Source: Vicinamibacteria bacterium (lineage in GTDB: Bacteria > Acidobacteriota > Vicinamibacteria > Marinacidobacterales > Marinacidobacteraceae). From it: a stretch of DNA of 64,000 nucleotides. A program made the translations under genes and the position numbers. The notes beneath the pieces are model-generated. The model worked only from the letters and a program-made list of their open reading frames with translations, was not told the origin of the DNA and searched no databases. Of the stretch, positions 28,142 to 38,849 are shown in pieces. Position 1 is the first letter of the stretch; every line of letters begins with the position of its first letter. The DNA lies in assembly GCA_963668695.2 (NCBI GenBank), contig CAXXLQ010000004.1:416001-480000 (forward strand). The letters are read 5' to 3'.

Positions 28142-29104
28142 CTAACCCGTCAGTTCCCGCAGCGTCAGCATCGCTATCGCGAGGTCCTGGACGCCCATGC
28201 CGGTCAGATCGACGACCGAAATGCCGTCCCGCGCCATCCGCGGGTCCGGGCTGGCGAGCGACAGCATTTCGCCAAAGGAGCAGTCGCTGTCTTCCGCGAC
28301 CGCGCCGGCTCTCACCGCGGCGCCGAATTCACTGTGATGCAGACACTCCCGATGGTCGTCGGTGACGATGGTGTGGGCCCTGCCCAGGATGCGCGGATCC
28401 AGCTCGGTCTTCCCCGGGGTGTCGGCGCCGACGGCGACGATGTGGAGCGTTTCGGGAACGTCTTCCAGATGAACGACCGGTTTCGTCGCGGGGGTGGTGG
28501 TGACGAGAATGGCGCTGGAATGGCAGACATCGCGGACCGTATCCATCGCGGTGGCCGCCAGTCCTCCGGCCTTCAGCTTTTCCGAGAGGGCGGCCGCCTT
28601 GGCGGCGGAACGTCCCCAGATGGACACCGACCCAAGCCCCAGATGGGAAGCGATCATGGTGGCCTGTATCTCCGCCTGGGTCCCGGTGCCGATCACGCCG
28701 AGAGTCGCGTCCTTCGACACCGGTTTCAGACCGGCAGCCAGGGCCCCGGCAGCCGCGGTGCGGACGTTGGTAAGCCAGCACTCGTCGTGGAGAATGGCCT
28801 CCGGAAGGCCGGTGTCGGTGGAGATCAGGACGATCATGCCGCCGGCGCCGGGCAGGCCGCGCGCCGCATTCCGGTACGACCCCGATGCGATCTTGACCGC
28901 AGCGTACGGACGGCCGCTCCAGATGGCGGACTTGACGTGACATTCGCCATGCTGTTCCTGCCGGTCGTCGCGGAACACGATCTGGACGGGCTCGGGGCAG
29001 TGCACCTGCCCCCTCGCATGGGCGATGAATCCGGCCTTTACGGCCTCGATGGCGGCTTTCGCGGTGATGGCCGACTGAATGTCGGCAAGGGGAACGATGC
29101 GCAT
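28142..29104 (-). CDS. ornithine cyclodeaminase / mu-crystallin family protein
   Basis: HVK, LTNVRTAAAG, GVIGTGTQA, AVGADTPGKTEL, DLTGMGVQDLAIA. Confidence 0.9.
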   Translation of the reverse strand: MRIVPLADIQSAITAKAAIEAVKAGFIAHARGQVHCPEPVQIVFRDDRQEQHGECHVKSAIWSGRPYAAVKIASGSYRNAARGLPGAGGMIVLISTDTGLPEAILHDECWLTNVRTAAAGALAAGLKPVSKDATLGVIGTGTQAEIQATMIASHLGLGSVSIWGRSAAKAAALSEKLKAGGLAATAMDTVRDVCHSSAILVTTTPATKPVVHLEDVPETLHIVAVGADTPGKTELDPRILGRAHTIVTDDHRECLHHSEFGAAVRAGAVAEDSDCSFGEMLSLASPDPRMARDGISVVDLTGMGVQDLAIAMLTLRELTG

Positions 29105-29172
29105 CCGGGGTGTCCTTTCCGTGGGGGAATGCAGGATGTCTGAGATCCCCGCTCAGGGAAACCAGGTCTCAA

Positions 29173-29489
29173 CAGCCTATCGACAAAGTCACGCGGCATT
29201 CCCGAGCCAGAAGGGATGGTGGTCGGGTGACCCCGCCCCCCGCCCCTTCCGCTCCGGGGTCTCCGCGGTGCTGACGCCCCGCTCCGGGGTCTCCGCGGTG
29301 CTGGCGCCCCGCTCCGGAAGCGACCGGCGATGCATCCCGGCTGAACCGCCCCCCCACCGGGAGAACTGGCGCTTCGCGTCGCTCATCGTTGCGCTTCGGT
29401 CGAAATACACCAGGTATTCCTCCCTCGCGCGCCTTGTCAGCCGGGCGCCTCACCGGTCTCGGTACTCACGTCACTTTGTCCACAGGCTG
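29173..29489. mobile_element. MITE copy C (core plus 20-mer plus about 120 bp extra containing 30-bp tandem repeats)
   Basis: TIRs CAGCCTATCGACAAAGT / ACTTTGTCCACAGGCTG; core homologous to copy B. Confidence 0.8.
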
Positions 29490-29857
29490 TTTAGCTTCTC
29501 GTCCGCCTTCTGTTTGTGTTCCGGCCTGATGTGAAGCGCCACGGTGGCCAGCGCGAACGCCAGTACACCCAGATCATCCGAAAATCCGGCTAACGGAACG
29601 ACATCGGGAATGGCATCCAACGGGAAGATGAAGTAGCCAAGCGCGCCGATGATGCGCGCGCGGGCCCATTTTGGAGTGTTCGGGTCACGCAGGCAGCGGT
29701 ACAGGACAAGCGCCCCACGAATCACCTCCCTGCCTGCCGCCGGGGCGAACGCGACGACCTTATTCCGGAACGACTCCTTGCTGTACGCCTCGTCGTAGTT
29801 GGGTTCGGGCGACGGATTCGCCGCGTCGTCCCGGGCGGAGTCAATCACCGGCGTCAA
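29471..29857 (-). CDS. YkvA / DUF1232 family membrane protein
   Basis: TPKWAR..IIGALGYFIFPLDAIPDVVPLAGFSDD; the last codons and the stop lie in the MITE TIR. Confidence 0.85.
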   Translation of the reverse strand: MTPVIDSARDDAANPSPEPNYDEAYSKESFRNKVVAFAPAAGREVIRGALVLYRCLRDPNTPKWARARIIGALGYFIFPLDAIPDVVPLAGFSDDLGVLAFALATVALHIRPEHKQKADEKLNSLWTK

Positions 29858-29943
29858 TCAAACGACGTCCCTCCGGACCAGAGCAGGACCGCGGTTACCG
29901 GATCCGGCTCCTTCCCGCAGTGGACCCAGCTCGTCCCGCGCGG

Positions 29944-30375
29944 TCAGGCCTGGCGGGGCGCCATCACCCCCAGCACCGCCGCGATCAGGATGAGCGCCAA
30001 TGGAACCAGGGCCGTAACGAGGCCGAGGCCTATGCCCAACACCGGAAGCCGGAGCAGGATCACCAGCGTGTTCACCAGGCCCGCCGCCAACAGCAGGCGG
30101 AACAGCCGACCCCTCCGCCGGTACGGGCCCCAGGCGATCCCGAACAGCAAGATCCCGTAGGAAAGCCCGAACGCGGCGGCCGTGCCCCGACGGGCGGAGA
30201 GCGCCGCGGCGAGTTCCGGGTCCCCGTCGGCGACCTGCGCCGGGGTCAACCGGCCGCCGATCAGGTCGGAATCCGGGTTCAGGTAGGCAGCGCTGAGCGA
30301 GGTCAGGGAAACCAGGATGGTGATGGCTCCCAGCAGGGCGAAGAGCACCCAACTGATGGTGTGTGCGTGTTTCAT
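29944..30375 (-). CDS. hypothetical membrane protein
   Basis: Four hydrophobic segments; AGGAG RBS. Confidence 0.7.
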   Translation of the reverse strand: MKHAHTISWVLFALLGAITILVSLTSLSAAYLNPDSDLIGGRLTPAQVADGDPELAAALSARRGTAAAFGLSYGILLFGIAWGPYRRRGRLFRLLLAAGLVNTLVILLRLPVLGIGLGLVTALVPLALILIAAVLGVMAPRQA

Positions 30376-30394
30376 CGCGGCGACTCCTGGATCC

Positions 30395-31667
30395 CTACTG
30401 GCCTCCGACCCAGCCGGCGCTCAGTCCGGCCCGGTCCACTTCTTCGCCCCGGAGGTACACCGACTCGATGCGCCGGACGTTCGTGATGTCCTCGAGCGGG
30501 TTCGCTTCGAGGACCACGAAGTCGGCGCTCTTGCCGGCCTCGATCGTGCCGGCATCGGACATCTTGAGGAACTCGGCGGCGAAGCCGGTGGAGGCGACGA
30601 TCACCTCGTGCGGGCTCATCCCGGACTCCACCATGTCCAGCATCTCGATGTGGGGCCGCCAGCCGGCGTTCCCGTCGGTACCCATCGCGATCTTCATCCC
30701 TGCCTCGTTCAGCCGGGCGAGGTTCCTGGCCTGGATCCCGAACGACTCGTGGGACTCCGGCCGGTCCATGTGAGCGGCCTGCGCCTGCTCGAGCGCTTCG
30801 GCGGTCAGGGTTCCGGAGAGCCAGCTCACATCGTCATGGACGCCGCGGCCGCCGAGGTTGGGAATCAGGACCACGTTGGGACGCTCCTGAACCATCGCCA
30901 CGAACTCGTCGTCCACGTCCATGTCCCGGACGCTGTGGGCGAAGGAGTCGACCCCGGCCTCCAGCAGTCCTTTCGCATCTTCGAGCGAGAAGATGTGGGC
31001 GGTCACCCGCAGGCCGTGCTGGTGCGCTTCGTCGATGACGGCGCCGTAGAGCTCCGGAGTCAGCTTCTCGAACTGGCCGCCGCGGTCGTCCACCCAGATC
31101 TTCACGAAGTCCACGTTCGCGCCAGCGAGCTCCTGAACCGCCGCCCGCGCCTCCTCCGGCGTGTTGATCCAGTAGGGGACTTCCGAGCGCCCGGGCTCGT
31201 GCCGGGTGATTCCCCGGCCGGCGGTCATCGCGCGAGCGGCGCCGGCGACCGGGGCGTCCCGGACCGCGGCCGTCGCCTCGCCGTCATCGTGCCCCAGGCT
31301 CATCGCAGCCCCGACGCCGTAGTAGGCGCGCCGCTGGAGATCGTCGATCAGGGCGTCGCGCGGGACCGAGAGGTGCACATGCGTGTCGATGAGCGCGGGG
31401 ATCACCGTCCGGCCGGAGAGGTCCACATGCGCGGCGCCCTCCGGCGCCATGACCTCGTCCGCCCCGCCCGCGGCAACGAAAGCGGCCGTCCTCCACGACG
31501 AAGGTGGCGTTTTCGATCGGGTCGCTCCCGTCACCCACGATCACGGTCGCCCCGTGGAACACGGTGGCGTTCGACTGCGGCATCTCCTCCGTAGGAGCGC
31601 ACGCGCCAAGAAGCAAAAGGGCGGCTGAGAGAATGGCGCAAAGCGCGCCGGTCCTGGTTCGGAGCAT
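30395..31667 (-). pseudogene. amidohydrolase family lipoprotein; frameshift near 31480 (real or assembly error)
   Basis: Lipobox LGAC, then TFVVEDGRF|VAAG...VIPALIDTHVH, VKIWVDDR, GTD, GKSADFVVL; one extra T in CGC-TTT-CGTT. Confidence 0.78.
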
Positions 31668-31932
31668 GCTGTCTCCTCCTGGTCTTGCGGCAGGGCCGAC
31701 GGCCCTCCCGCAGATACGCTGAATGAAGGGGAGAGACTACCCGCTCGGAGGCCGTCCCCGCATCAGCGTCGGAAGCCCGCCGGGGTCCGCATGAGAACAC
31801 CCCTCCAGACGGCGTCCCAGTCCGGCGTGCTCTCAACTCCTCGTGGCGCGGAATCCGCGTCGCGCATCCAGTAGTCTCCGTCCTGTGTTCCGGCCGCCGG
31901 GGCCGCGGCCGGACCGAGGAGGAGCCGGGGTC

Positions 31933-33912
31933 ATGAGACAGCACCGTTTTTCCGTCATCGCGGCCGGATTCGCGTTCGCCGGGGGGCTCGCGTGTTCGCC
32001 GGAGGAAAGCGGCCCGCCGCCCGGGGCCGCCGACGCGGCTGCCGGCCCGATCGGCGCCGCCGCACTGATGGACCTTCGAGCCGCGGTCGGGGGAAGTCGT
32101 TCCCCGCAATGGGCGCCGGACGGATCCCTGATCACATTCGTGTCGGCCGCGGGCGACCTCGCCGGCGTGGACCCCGAGGACAGGTCGTTCCGGATTCTCA
32201 CCCGGGACCTGACGCTCAGCGGGGTGGGATCGCTGGGGGCCCCGCAGCCGGTCTGGTCGCCCGACGGGCGCTTCGTCGCCTACACCTCCGACCGCGACGG
32301 CGCGCCGGACATCTGGCTGTGGTCGGCCAAGGAGGGTACGGACCGGCGGCTCACCCGGCTCTCGGCGCGGGCGAACGGGCTCGCCTGGTCTCCGGACGGG
32401 GCATGGATCGCGTTCGCCGGCGACCGGTTCGGCAACATGGACATCTGGAAGGTGTCGGTCGCCGGGGGAGAGGTGCACCGGCTGACCAGCGACCCGCTCT
32501 ACGAGGGGTATCCGAGCTGGGCCCCGGATTCCGGGGCGCTCTTCTACGTGCGCATGGACGACCGCTGGGTGGATCACGACGTGATCGAGATCACCCCCGA
32601 CGGCCGGAATCCGCGCACCGTGGTGGCGGACCGCGGCTTTTTCGACTACCGCGCGGGCCGGTCGTTCGGCGCCGTCCAACCGTCGCCCGACGGCGAGCAC
32701 CTGCTCTTCCGCTCCCAGCGCAGCGGCTGGCTGAACTTCTGGATCGCGCCCCGCACGGGGGGTGAGCCCCGGCCCCTGGCGGCTTCGAACCATGACCAGA
32801 GCGACGCCCGCTGGTCGCCCGACGGCGCCTGGGTCAGCTACACCGAGAACCAGGGCGGCGTGCATTCCCTGCGGCTGGCGGCGGCGGACGGGTCCGGGGG
32901 CCGGACTCTCGTGGAGCGGGAGGCCGGAGCGGCGCTCCGTCCTGAGTGGTCGCCCGAGGGGAACCGGATCAGCTACACCTTCGAGACCCCGGCGCGTCCC
33001 ACGGAGCTTTTCGTGCTCGACGTCGCTTCGGGAGAGAGCGCGCTGGTGCACAGCGAAATCGGCCAGGACGCCAACCCCCGAATCCGGCTCCCCGAAAAAA
33101 TCCGCTACCCGAGCACCGACGGCCTCACCATCGAGGCCTACCTGCACCGGCCGCCGGACGCAGCTCCCGGCGAACGCTTCCCCGGCCTGCTCTGGATCCA
33201 CGGCGGACCCACGTCCCAGTTCGACAACCAGTTCCGGCGGCATCAGCAGGTCCACTTCTTCGCCCAGCGCGGTTACGTCGTGCTCATGCCGAACATTCGC
33301 GGCAGTTCCGGCTACGGCCTCGCCTTCGAGGACCTCAACAACGGTTGCTGGGGACACTGCGACCTCGAGGATGTCCTCGCGGGGGTGGATTACCTGAAGG
33401 GCCGTTCCGACGTGGACCGCGACCGGATCGGGATCACCGGAACCAGCTACGGCGGGATCATGACCATGGCGGCGGTCGCCTTCGCCCCCGGGGTCTTCCA
33501 GGCGGCCGTCTCGCTGTCGGGCTACGGCGACATGACCGAGTTCCACACCACGGTCCAGGAGCTCCAGCACATCAAGCTGCTCGAGTACGAACTCGGCCCG
33601 TATCCCGAAAACCGCGAGACCTACCGGAACAGCTCCGCCATCCTGAAGGCGCACCAGGTCACGACGCCGACCTTCGTGATCCAGGGTGAAGGAGTGGCGG
33701 CCGGCTGGCGGATTCGCGAAGGCCAACCGCAGGCCGCGCTGAACTTCGCGCGCAAACTCGACCAGTACTACAAGATCGTGCGATACAAGGCGTATCCGGA
33801 TGAGGGGTATTACGTGTACGGGAGGGAGAACACGATCCGGAAACTCCGCGACATGCTGAATTTCTTCGAGGAGTTCCTGACCACCGACATCCGGTACCCC
33901 GCCGGGGAGTAA
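31933..33912 (+). CDS. S9 family peptidase lipoprotein with PD40/TolB-like propeller
   Basis: GLAC lipobox, WSPDG repeats, HGGP, NIRGSSGYG, GTSYGG; paralogue of 15167-17154. Confidence 0.9.
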   Translation: MRQHRFSVIAAGFAFAGGLACSPEESGPPPGAADAAAGPIGAAALMDLRAAVGGSRSPQWAPDGSLITFVSAAGDLAGVDPEDRSFRILTRDLTLSGVGSLGAPQPVWSPDGRFVAYTSDRDGAPDIWLWSAKEGTDRRLTRLSARANGLAWSPDGAWIAFAGDRFGNMDIWKVSVAGGEVHRLTSDPLYEGYPSWAPDSGALFYVRMDDRWVDHDVIEITPDGRNPRTVVADRGFFDYRAGRSFGAVQPSPDGEHLLFRSQRSGWLNFWIAPRTGGEPRPLAASNHDQSDARWSPDGAWVSYTENQGGVHSLRLAAADGSGGRTLVEREAGAALRPEWSPEGNRISYTFETPARPTELFVLDVASGESALVHSEIGQDANPRIRLPEKIRYPSTDGLTIEAYLHRPPDAAPGERFPGLLWIHGGPTSQFDNQFRRHQQVHFFAQRGYVVLMPNIRGSSGYGLAFEDLNNGCWGHCDLEDVLAGVDYLKGRSDVDRDRIGITGTSYGGIMTMAAVAFAPGVFQAAVSLSGYGDMTEFHTTVQELQHIKLLEYELGPYPENRETYRNSSAILKAHQVTTPTFVIQGEGVAAGWRIREGQPQAALNFARKLDQYYKIVRYKAYPDEGYYVYGRENTIRKLRDMLNFFEEFLTTDIRYPAGE

Positions 33913-33982
33913 ACCCGGCCGCACCCGTCCCGCCCCCGGCGGCGCGAGCGCGGCGCAGCGGGGGTGCCGGAGGTGCCCGTCC

Positions 33983-36040
33983 CTACTGCGGCTCCCCCAG
34001 GTTCACCGGCTCCGGATCCACGAGCTTGACCGCCCAGAGCCCCGAATTGTGGTCGGCGACGAAGATGTGGCCCTTGTAGGGCTGCGGTCCCCAGACCATC
34101 GGCGAGTTCGGGATGAAGCTCTCCGGATCCTGCGGCCGGAAGACCGCGATCTCACGCCCCTGGCGGTAGAGGTCGCCGCGGAGTTCGCCGGAGATGTCCA
34201 CCACCCGCAGGCCGCCGTTGTAGTAGCCGATGTAGAGGATGTCGTCCTCGATCCACAGGTTGTGGGTTCCGGCCTCGGGGACCTGGTAGCGCGCCACCTC
34301 GCGGGCCTCCTTCCAATCGTCCCACTCGAAGACGTGGATCCAGCCGGCCGCCCGATCCGGCGTCCCTTCCTCGCCCATCGTCTGGTACGGGAACGCCTCG
34401 TCGCCGCCGATCATCAGGAACTTCCCGGTGGACTGGCTCCGGTACGGATAGGCGGCGTGGTTCCAGCCGCTCGGATACGGGGTGCTCCCGAGCAACACCG
34501 GGTTGTTCGGAGCGCCGCCCTTGCCGCCGCCGCCCACGTCCACCGCGACGATTCCGTCATCCCAGTTCGAGGAGTAGGCAATCCCGTCCACCACCCACAC
34601 GTCGTGGATGGAGTGGCCCGGGGTATCCAGCTCGAAACGCCCGACCCGGTAGGGGTTTTCCGGATCCTCGGCGTTCAGGATGTCGAAGCGCCGGCCCGCG
34701 GAGAGGGCGTAGATGTGCTCCTCCGCAATGAAGACGTTGTGGACCCCGCCGGTGAGCTGGTCGTCGTAGCGGGCGATGACCTCGATCCCGTTCTGCGGGT
34801 CGCTCACGTCCAGGATCACGAGCCCGTTCTTCCGGTTCGAAGCTCCCTCGCGGCTGATCACGCAGAACTTTCCGTCTTCGGAAACCTTGACGTCGTTGAC
34901 GGTCCGGGCGTCCACCCGCACCGTGTCAACGAGTGACATCGCGGAGGGATCGGTGACGTCCCAGAAATAAGCGTGGCCGTCGGCGCCCCAGGTGCCGGTA
35001 ACCGCGTAGTCCCGGCCGTCGACGCCCTCCCAGACCCAGAGGTCCGAGGTGTGCCGGTCGCGGACGGGGCCCTGCCCCACGATCTCCACGTCCTTCCGGA
35101 CGTTCCGCGCCACCACCGCCACCGTGGCGCTCGCCGACTGCGTGAATCCGTCGGCGATGACGGTGTGCGTCCCCGAGCGCTCCGCCACGAACGCGCCCTC
35201 CTCGTCCACCTGGCCGATGGCGCCCGGCGCCACGATCCCGTCCGCCGGAATCCCGAAGGTCGCGAACTGAATGGGATAGTCCGGCACCGCGTTCCCGGAG
35301 GCGTCGGTCACGCTCGCCTCGAAAAACACCACGTCCCCGGTCGGCACCGCCTCCGCGGGCGCGCCGGTCAGGGTGATCGAGGCGACCGGGTTCGGAAGCA
35401 CCTCGATCCCGACATCGGTCGAAGCCTCCTCGGCGGACACCGTGAGGGTCGTCCGGCCGGCGCCCGCCAGAGTGAGCATCCCGAGAGCGTCCACCCCGGC
35501 TACCGACGGATCGGCGCTACTCCAGCGGACCTCCACGTCGTCGCGGGTGGCGCCCGCGGTGTCGGTGACCAGCGAGCGGAGGCCGATCTCGGTCCCGGCG
35601 TAGAGATGGCCGGGCAGGTTCGCGACCTCTACCGACGCCACCGGCGGGTTCGGGATCGTCACCGGAATCTCCACCATGACGGCCGACTCGGCGCGGCGGT
35701 CGGTGTGCTCCGGGTTCCTCGGCACCATGGCGATCAGCGTGTGCTCGCCGGGCCGAAAGGCCTCCACGATCCCGGCGGGATTCACCCCGACCGAGCGGCG
35801 GCTCCGCGAGAAGAAGACCACGGTGCGGTCCATTACGTTGCCGTCGGCGTCGCGCACCTCGGCCTCGAGGGTGGCGTTCGCTCCCACCTCGAGCGTCAGT
35901 TCGCTCGGGGTGATGACGAGTTCGGTGGGCTCGGGGCCGGTGGCCTCCTCGGCTTCCTCCTGCGCGAACGCGGGGAGGGCGAGGAGGAGCAGCGCGACGG
36001 CCGCGACGGGGATGAGTTGGAGGCGGAAGGTTCGGGTCAT
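33983..36040 (-). CDS. secreted Ig-like (Big_2) + LVIVD-like beta-propeller protein, copy 1
   Basis: Signal peptide, WSSADPSVA Ig motif, GGVHN, HDVWV, YYNGGLRVVDISG, SGLWAV. Confidence 0.85.
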   Translation of the reverse strand: MTRTFRLQLIPVAAVALLLLALPAFAQEEAEEATGPEPTELVITPSELTLEVGANATLEAEVRDADGNVMDRTVVFFSRSRRSVGVNPAGIVEAFRPGEHTLIAMVPRNPEHTDRRAESAVMVEIPVTIPNPPVASVEVANLPGHLYAGTEIGLRSLVTDTAGATRDDVEVRWSSADPSVAGVDALGMLTLAGAGRTTLTVSAEEASTDVGIEVLPNPVASITLTGAPAEAVPTGDVVFFEASVTDASGNAVPDYPIQFATFGIPADGIVAPGAIGQVDEEGAFVAERSGTHTVIADGFTQSASATVAVVARNVRKDVEIVGQGPVRDRHTSDLWVWEGVDGRDYAVTGTWGADGHAYFWDVTDPSAMSLVDTVRVDARTVNDVKVSEDGKFCVISREGASNRKNGLVILDVSDPQNGIEVIARYDDQLTGGVHNVFIAEEHIYALSAGRRFDILNAEDPENPYRVGRFELDTPGHSIHDVWVVDGIAYSSNWDDGIVAVDVGGGGKGGAPNNPVLLGSTPYPSGWNHAAYPYRSQSTGKFLMIGGDEAFPYQTMGEEGTPDRAAGWIHVFEWDDWKEAREVARYQVPEAGTHNLWIEDDILYIGYYNGGLRVVDISGELRGDLYRQGREIAVFRPQDPESFIPNSPMVWGPQPYKGHIFVADHNSGLWAVKLVDPEPVNLGEPQ

Positions 36041-36165
36041 GGTGCAGCGAGGGCCGGAATGCGGTCCCCCATGACCGGGGAATATACGCGCCTCGCGAGC
36101 GCGACACCGCACGTGTACGGTGGAGGTGCAAGCAGGTTTCGTCGGTGGTGGCGCTGGTTCAGCCA

Positions 36166-36342
36166 ATGACCCAAAATGCAGCCATGAGAACGGATCTGCC
36201 GAACTTCGCCACCAAACAGGACCTGGCCGATCTGCGGCTGGAGATTGCCGAGCGCGACGCGAGCATCTACAGGTGGATGGTGTATGGAGCGCTGTTTGTT
36301 AACGCAGCACTCATCGCCATTTTCGTGAAGTTGTTGTCCTGA
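36166..36342 (+). CDS. small DUF1640-like coiled-coil protein with C-terminal membrane anchor
   Basis: FATKQDLADLRLEI...RWM...IAIFVKLL; homologous to 39189-39407. Confidence 0.6.
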   Translation: MTQNAAMRTDLPNFATKQDLADLRLEIAERDASIYRWMVYGALFVNAALIAIFVKLLS

Positions 36343-36394
36343 CGGGCGCGATCGGGCTCCGAGCACCGAGCACACGCCCGCCTCAGGCACGCGA

Positions 36395-36535
36395 TGCCGA
36401 CTTGGATGGCGGCCCCAGTTCTCCCGCTGGGGACCCTTGCCGGTGGTGCCATCCAGCCCGACAGCGGGCCGCTGTGCCGGCCCCCACCCGGAGAACTGGC
36501 CAGAGGTCGGCCCAGTCCTCCCGGTGGGGGCTCCC
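36395..36535. repeat. REP-like cluster with three 20-mer insertions
   Basis: 20-mer variants at 36415, 36480 and 36512 within the TGCCG..GAGGTCGGC..TCCC backbone. Confidence 0.65.
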
Positions 36536-36617
36536 TGTCCGGTGCGCCACCCGTTTGAGGCGCGGCGCGCAAGCATCACCCGCCGCGCGGCGGGCGATGC
36601 CGGCCTGATTCCTTCCC

Positions 36618-38672
36618 CTACTGGGGTTCGCCCATGTTCACCGGTTCGGCGTCCACCAGCTTGACCGCCCAGAGCCCCGAGGTGTTGTCGGCGAGGAAGA
36701 TGTGGCCCTTGTAGGGCTGCGGTCCCCAGACGAACGGTGCGTTCGGCTTTAGGGTTTCGGGGTCGAACGGGCGGAACATCGCGATCTCGCGGCCCTGCCG
36801 GTAGAGGTCACCTCGCATCTCGCCGGAAATATCCACCACCCGCAGGCCGCCGTTGTAGTAGGCGATGTAGAGGATGTCGTCCTCGACCCACAGGTTGTGG
36901 GTTCCGGCCTCCGGCACCTGGTAGCGCGCCACCTCGCGGGGACTCTCCCACTCGTCCCACTCGAAGATGTGGATCCAGCCGGCCGCCCGGCGCGGGGCCC
37001 GCTCGTCCTCCATCAACTGGTACGGGAACGCCTCGTCGCCCCCGATCATCAGGAACTTGCCGGTGGACTTGCTGCGGTAGGGATAGGCGGCATGGTTCCA
37101 GCCGCTCGGGTAGGGCGTCTTGCCGAGCATCACCGGGTTGTTCGGCGCCCCGCCCTTGCCGCCGCCGCCCACGTCAACCGCAACGACCCCGTCGTTCCAG
37201 TTGGACGAATAGGCGATGCCCTCGTGGACCCACACGTCGTGGATCGAATGCCCGGGGGTGTCCAGCTCGAAGCGCCCCACCCGGTACGGGTTCGTCGGAT
37301 CCTCGGCGTTCAGGATGTCGAAACGCCGGCCCGCCGAGAGTGCGTAGATGTGGTCTTCCGCGATGAAGACATTGTGGACCCCACCGGTGAGCTGGTCGTC
37401 ATAGCGGGCGATCACCTCGATGCCGTTCTGCAGGTCGCTGACGTCGAGGATCACCAGACCGTTCTTCCGGTTCGAGGCGCCTTCCCGGCTGATCACGCAG
37501 AACTTCGCGTCCGCCGAAACCTTCACGTCGTTCACCGTCCGGGCGTCCACCCGAACCGTGTCGATGAGCGAGATCGCCGAGGGATCGGTGACGTCCCAGA
37601 AATAGGCATGGCCGTCGGCGCTGTGGGTCCCGGTCACGGCATAGTCCCGGCCGTCGGTGCCCTCCCAGACCCAGAGGTCCGAGGTGCGGCGATCGCGGAC
37701 CGGGCCCCGTCCCACGACCTCGACGTCCTTCCTCACGTTCCTGGACACGACTGCGACCGTCGCGCTCGCCGAGTCGGTGAACCCGTCCACGATCACCGTA
37801 TGGGTTCCCGACCGCTCCGCCACGAAGGCGCCCTCTTCATCGACCTGGCCGATGGCCCCGGGCGCCACGATCCCATCCGCCGGAATCCCGAAAGTGGCGA
37901 ACTGCACCGGGTAGTCCGGCACCTCGTTCCCGGAGGCGTCCGTGACCTTGGCCTCGAAGAACACCACGTCCCCGGTCCGCACCGCCGCGGCCGGCGCCCC
38001 GCTCAGCGTGATCGAGGCGACCGGGTTCGCGAGCACTTCGATCGTCGCGTCGCTCGAAGCCTCCTCGGCGGATACCGTCAGGGTCGTCCGCCCGGCGCCC
38101 ACCAGGGTGAGCACCCCGAGGGAATCCACGCTCGCCACCGACGGATCGGCGCTGCTCCAGCCCACCCCCACGTCGTTGCGCACGGCGCCCGAGATGTCGG
38201 TGACCACCGGGCGGAGCCCGATCTCGGTCCCCGCGTAGAGGTGGCCGGGAAGATTCGCGACCTCCACCGAAGCCACTGGCGGGTTGGGGATGGTTACCGG
38301 GATCTCCACCATGACCGCGGGCTCGGCGCGGCGATCGATGTCCTCCGGATCCTTGGGCACCATGGCGATCAGGGTGTGCTCGCCGGGCTGGTAGGCCTCG
38401 ACCATACCCGCCGGGTTGACGCCGACCGAACGGCGCCGGCGCGAATAGAACACCACCGTGCGGTCCATCAGGTTGCCGTCGCTGTCCCGGACTGCTGCCT
38501 CGAGCGTCAGCTTGTCCCCGACCTCGAGTTCGAGTTCGGACGGGGTGATGATGAGTTCGGCGGGTTGCGGGCCGGTTTCCGCTTCCTCTTCCTGGGCGAA
38601 CGCGGGGAGGGCGAGGAGGAGAAGCGCGGCGGCGGCAACGGGAATGGCGTGGAAGCGGAGTGTTCGGGTCAT
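36618..38672 (-). CDS. secreted Ig-like + LVIVD-like beta-propeller protein, copy 2
   Basis: Closely similar to copies 1 and 3; start MTRTLRF. Confidence 0.85.
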   Translation of the reverse strand: MTRTLRFHAIPVAAAALLLLALPAFAQEEEAETGPQPAELIITPSELELEVGDKLTLEAAVRDSDGNLMDRTVVFYSRRRRSVGVNPAGMVEAYQPGEHTLIAMVPKDPEDIDRRAEPAVMVEIPVTIPNPPVASVEVANLPGHLYAGTEIGLRPVVTDISGAVRNDVGVGWSSADPSVASVDSLGVLTLVGAGRTTLTVSAEEASSDATIEVLANPVASITLSGAPAAAVRTGDVVFFEAKVTDASGNEVPDYPVQFATFGIPADGIVAPGAIGQVDEEGAFVAERSGTHTVIVDGFTDSASATVAVVSRNVRKDVEVVGRGPVRDRRTSDLWVWEGTDGRDYAVTGTHSADGHAYFWDVTDPSAISLIDTVRVDARTVNDVKVSADAKFCVISREGASNRKNGLVILDVSDLQNGIEVIARYDDQLTGGVHNVFIAEDHIYALSAGRRFDILNAEDPTNPYRVGRFELDTPGHSIHDVWVHEGIAYSSNWNDGVVAVDVGGGGKGGAPNNPVMLGKTPYPSGWNHAAYPYRSKSTGKFLMIGGDEAFPYQLMEDERAPRRAAGWIHIFEWDEWESPREVARYQVPEAGTHNLWVEDDILYIAYYNGGLRVVDISGEMRGDLYRQGREIAMFRPFDPETLKPNAPFVWGPQPYKGHIFLADNTSGLWAVKLVDAEPVNMGEPQ

Positions 38673-38849
38673 GGTTACGCGGTCCCTCTGTGCACCGGAA
38701 TATACGTCCGCGTGGAAAGGGTCCACTTTCGCGCCGACTTTTCCACACAACCCTGCCGTAGCGGGAAGACCAGGGCGGGAATTCCGTCTATGGGAGTAAC
38801 GGAAGACGCCCCGGTCTTCCGGACGCCGCTTCCGCCCGGAGGAGTCCCG

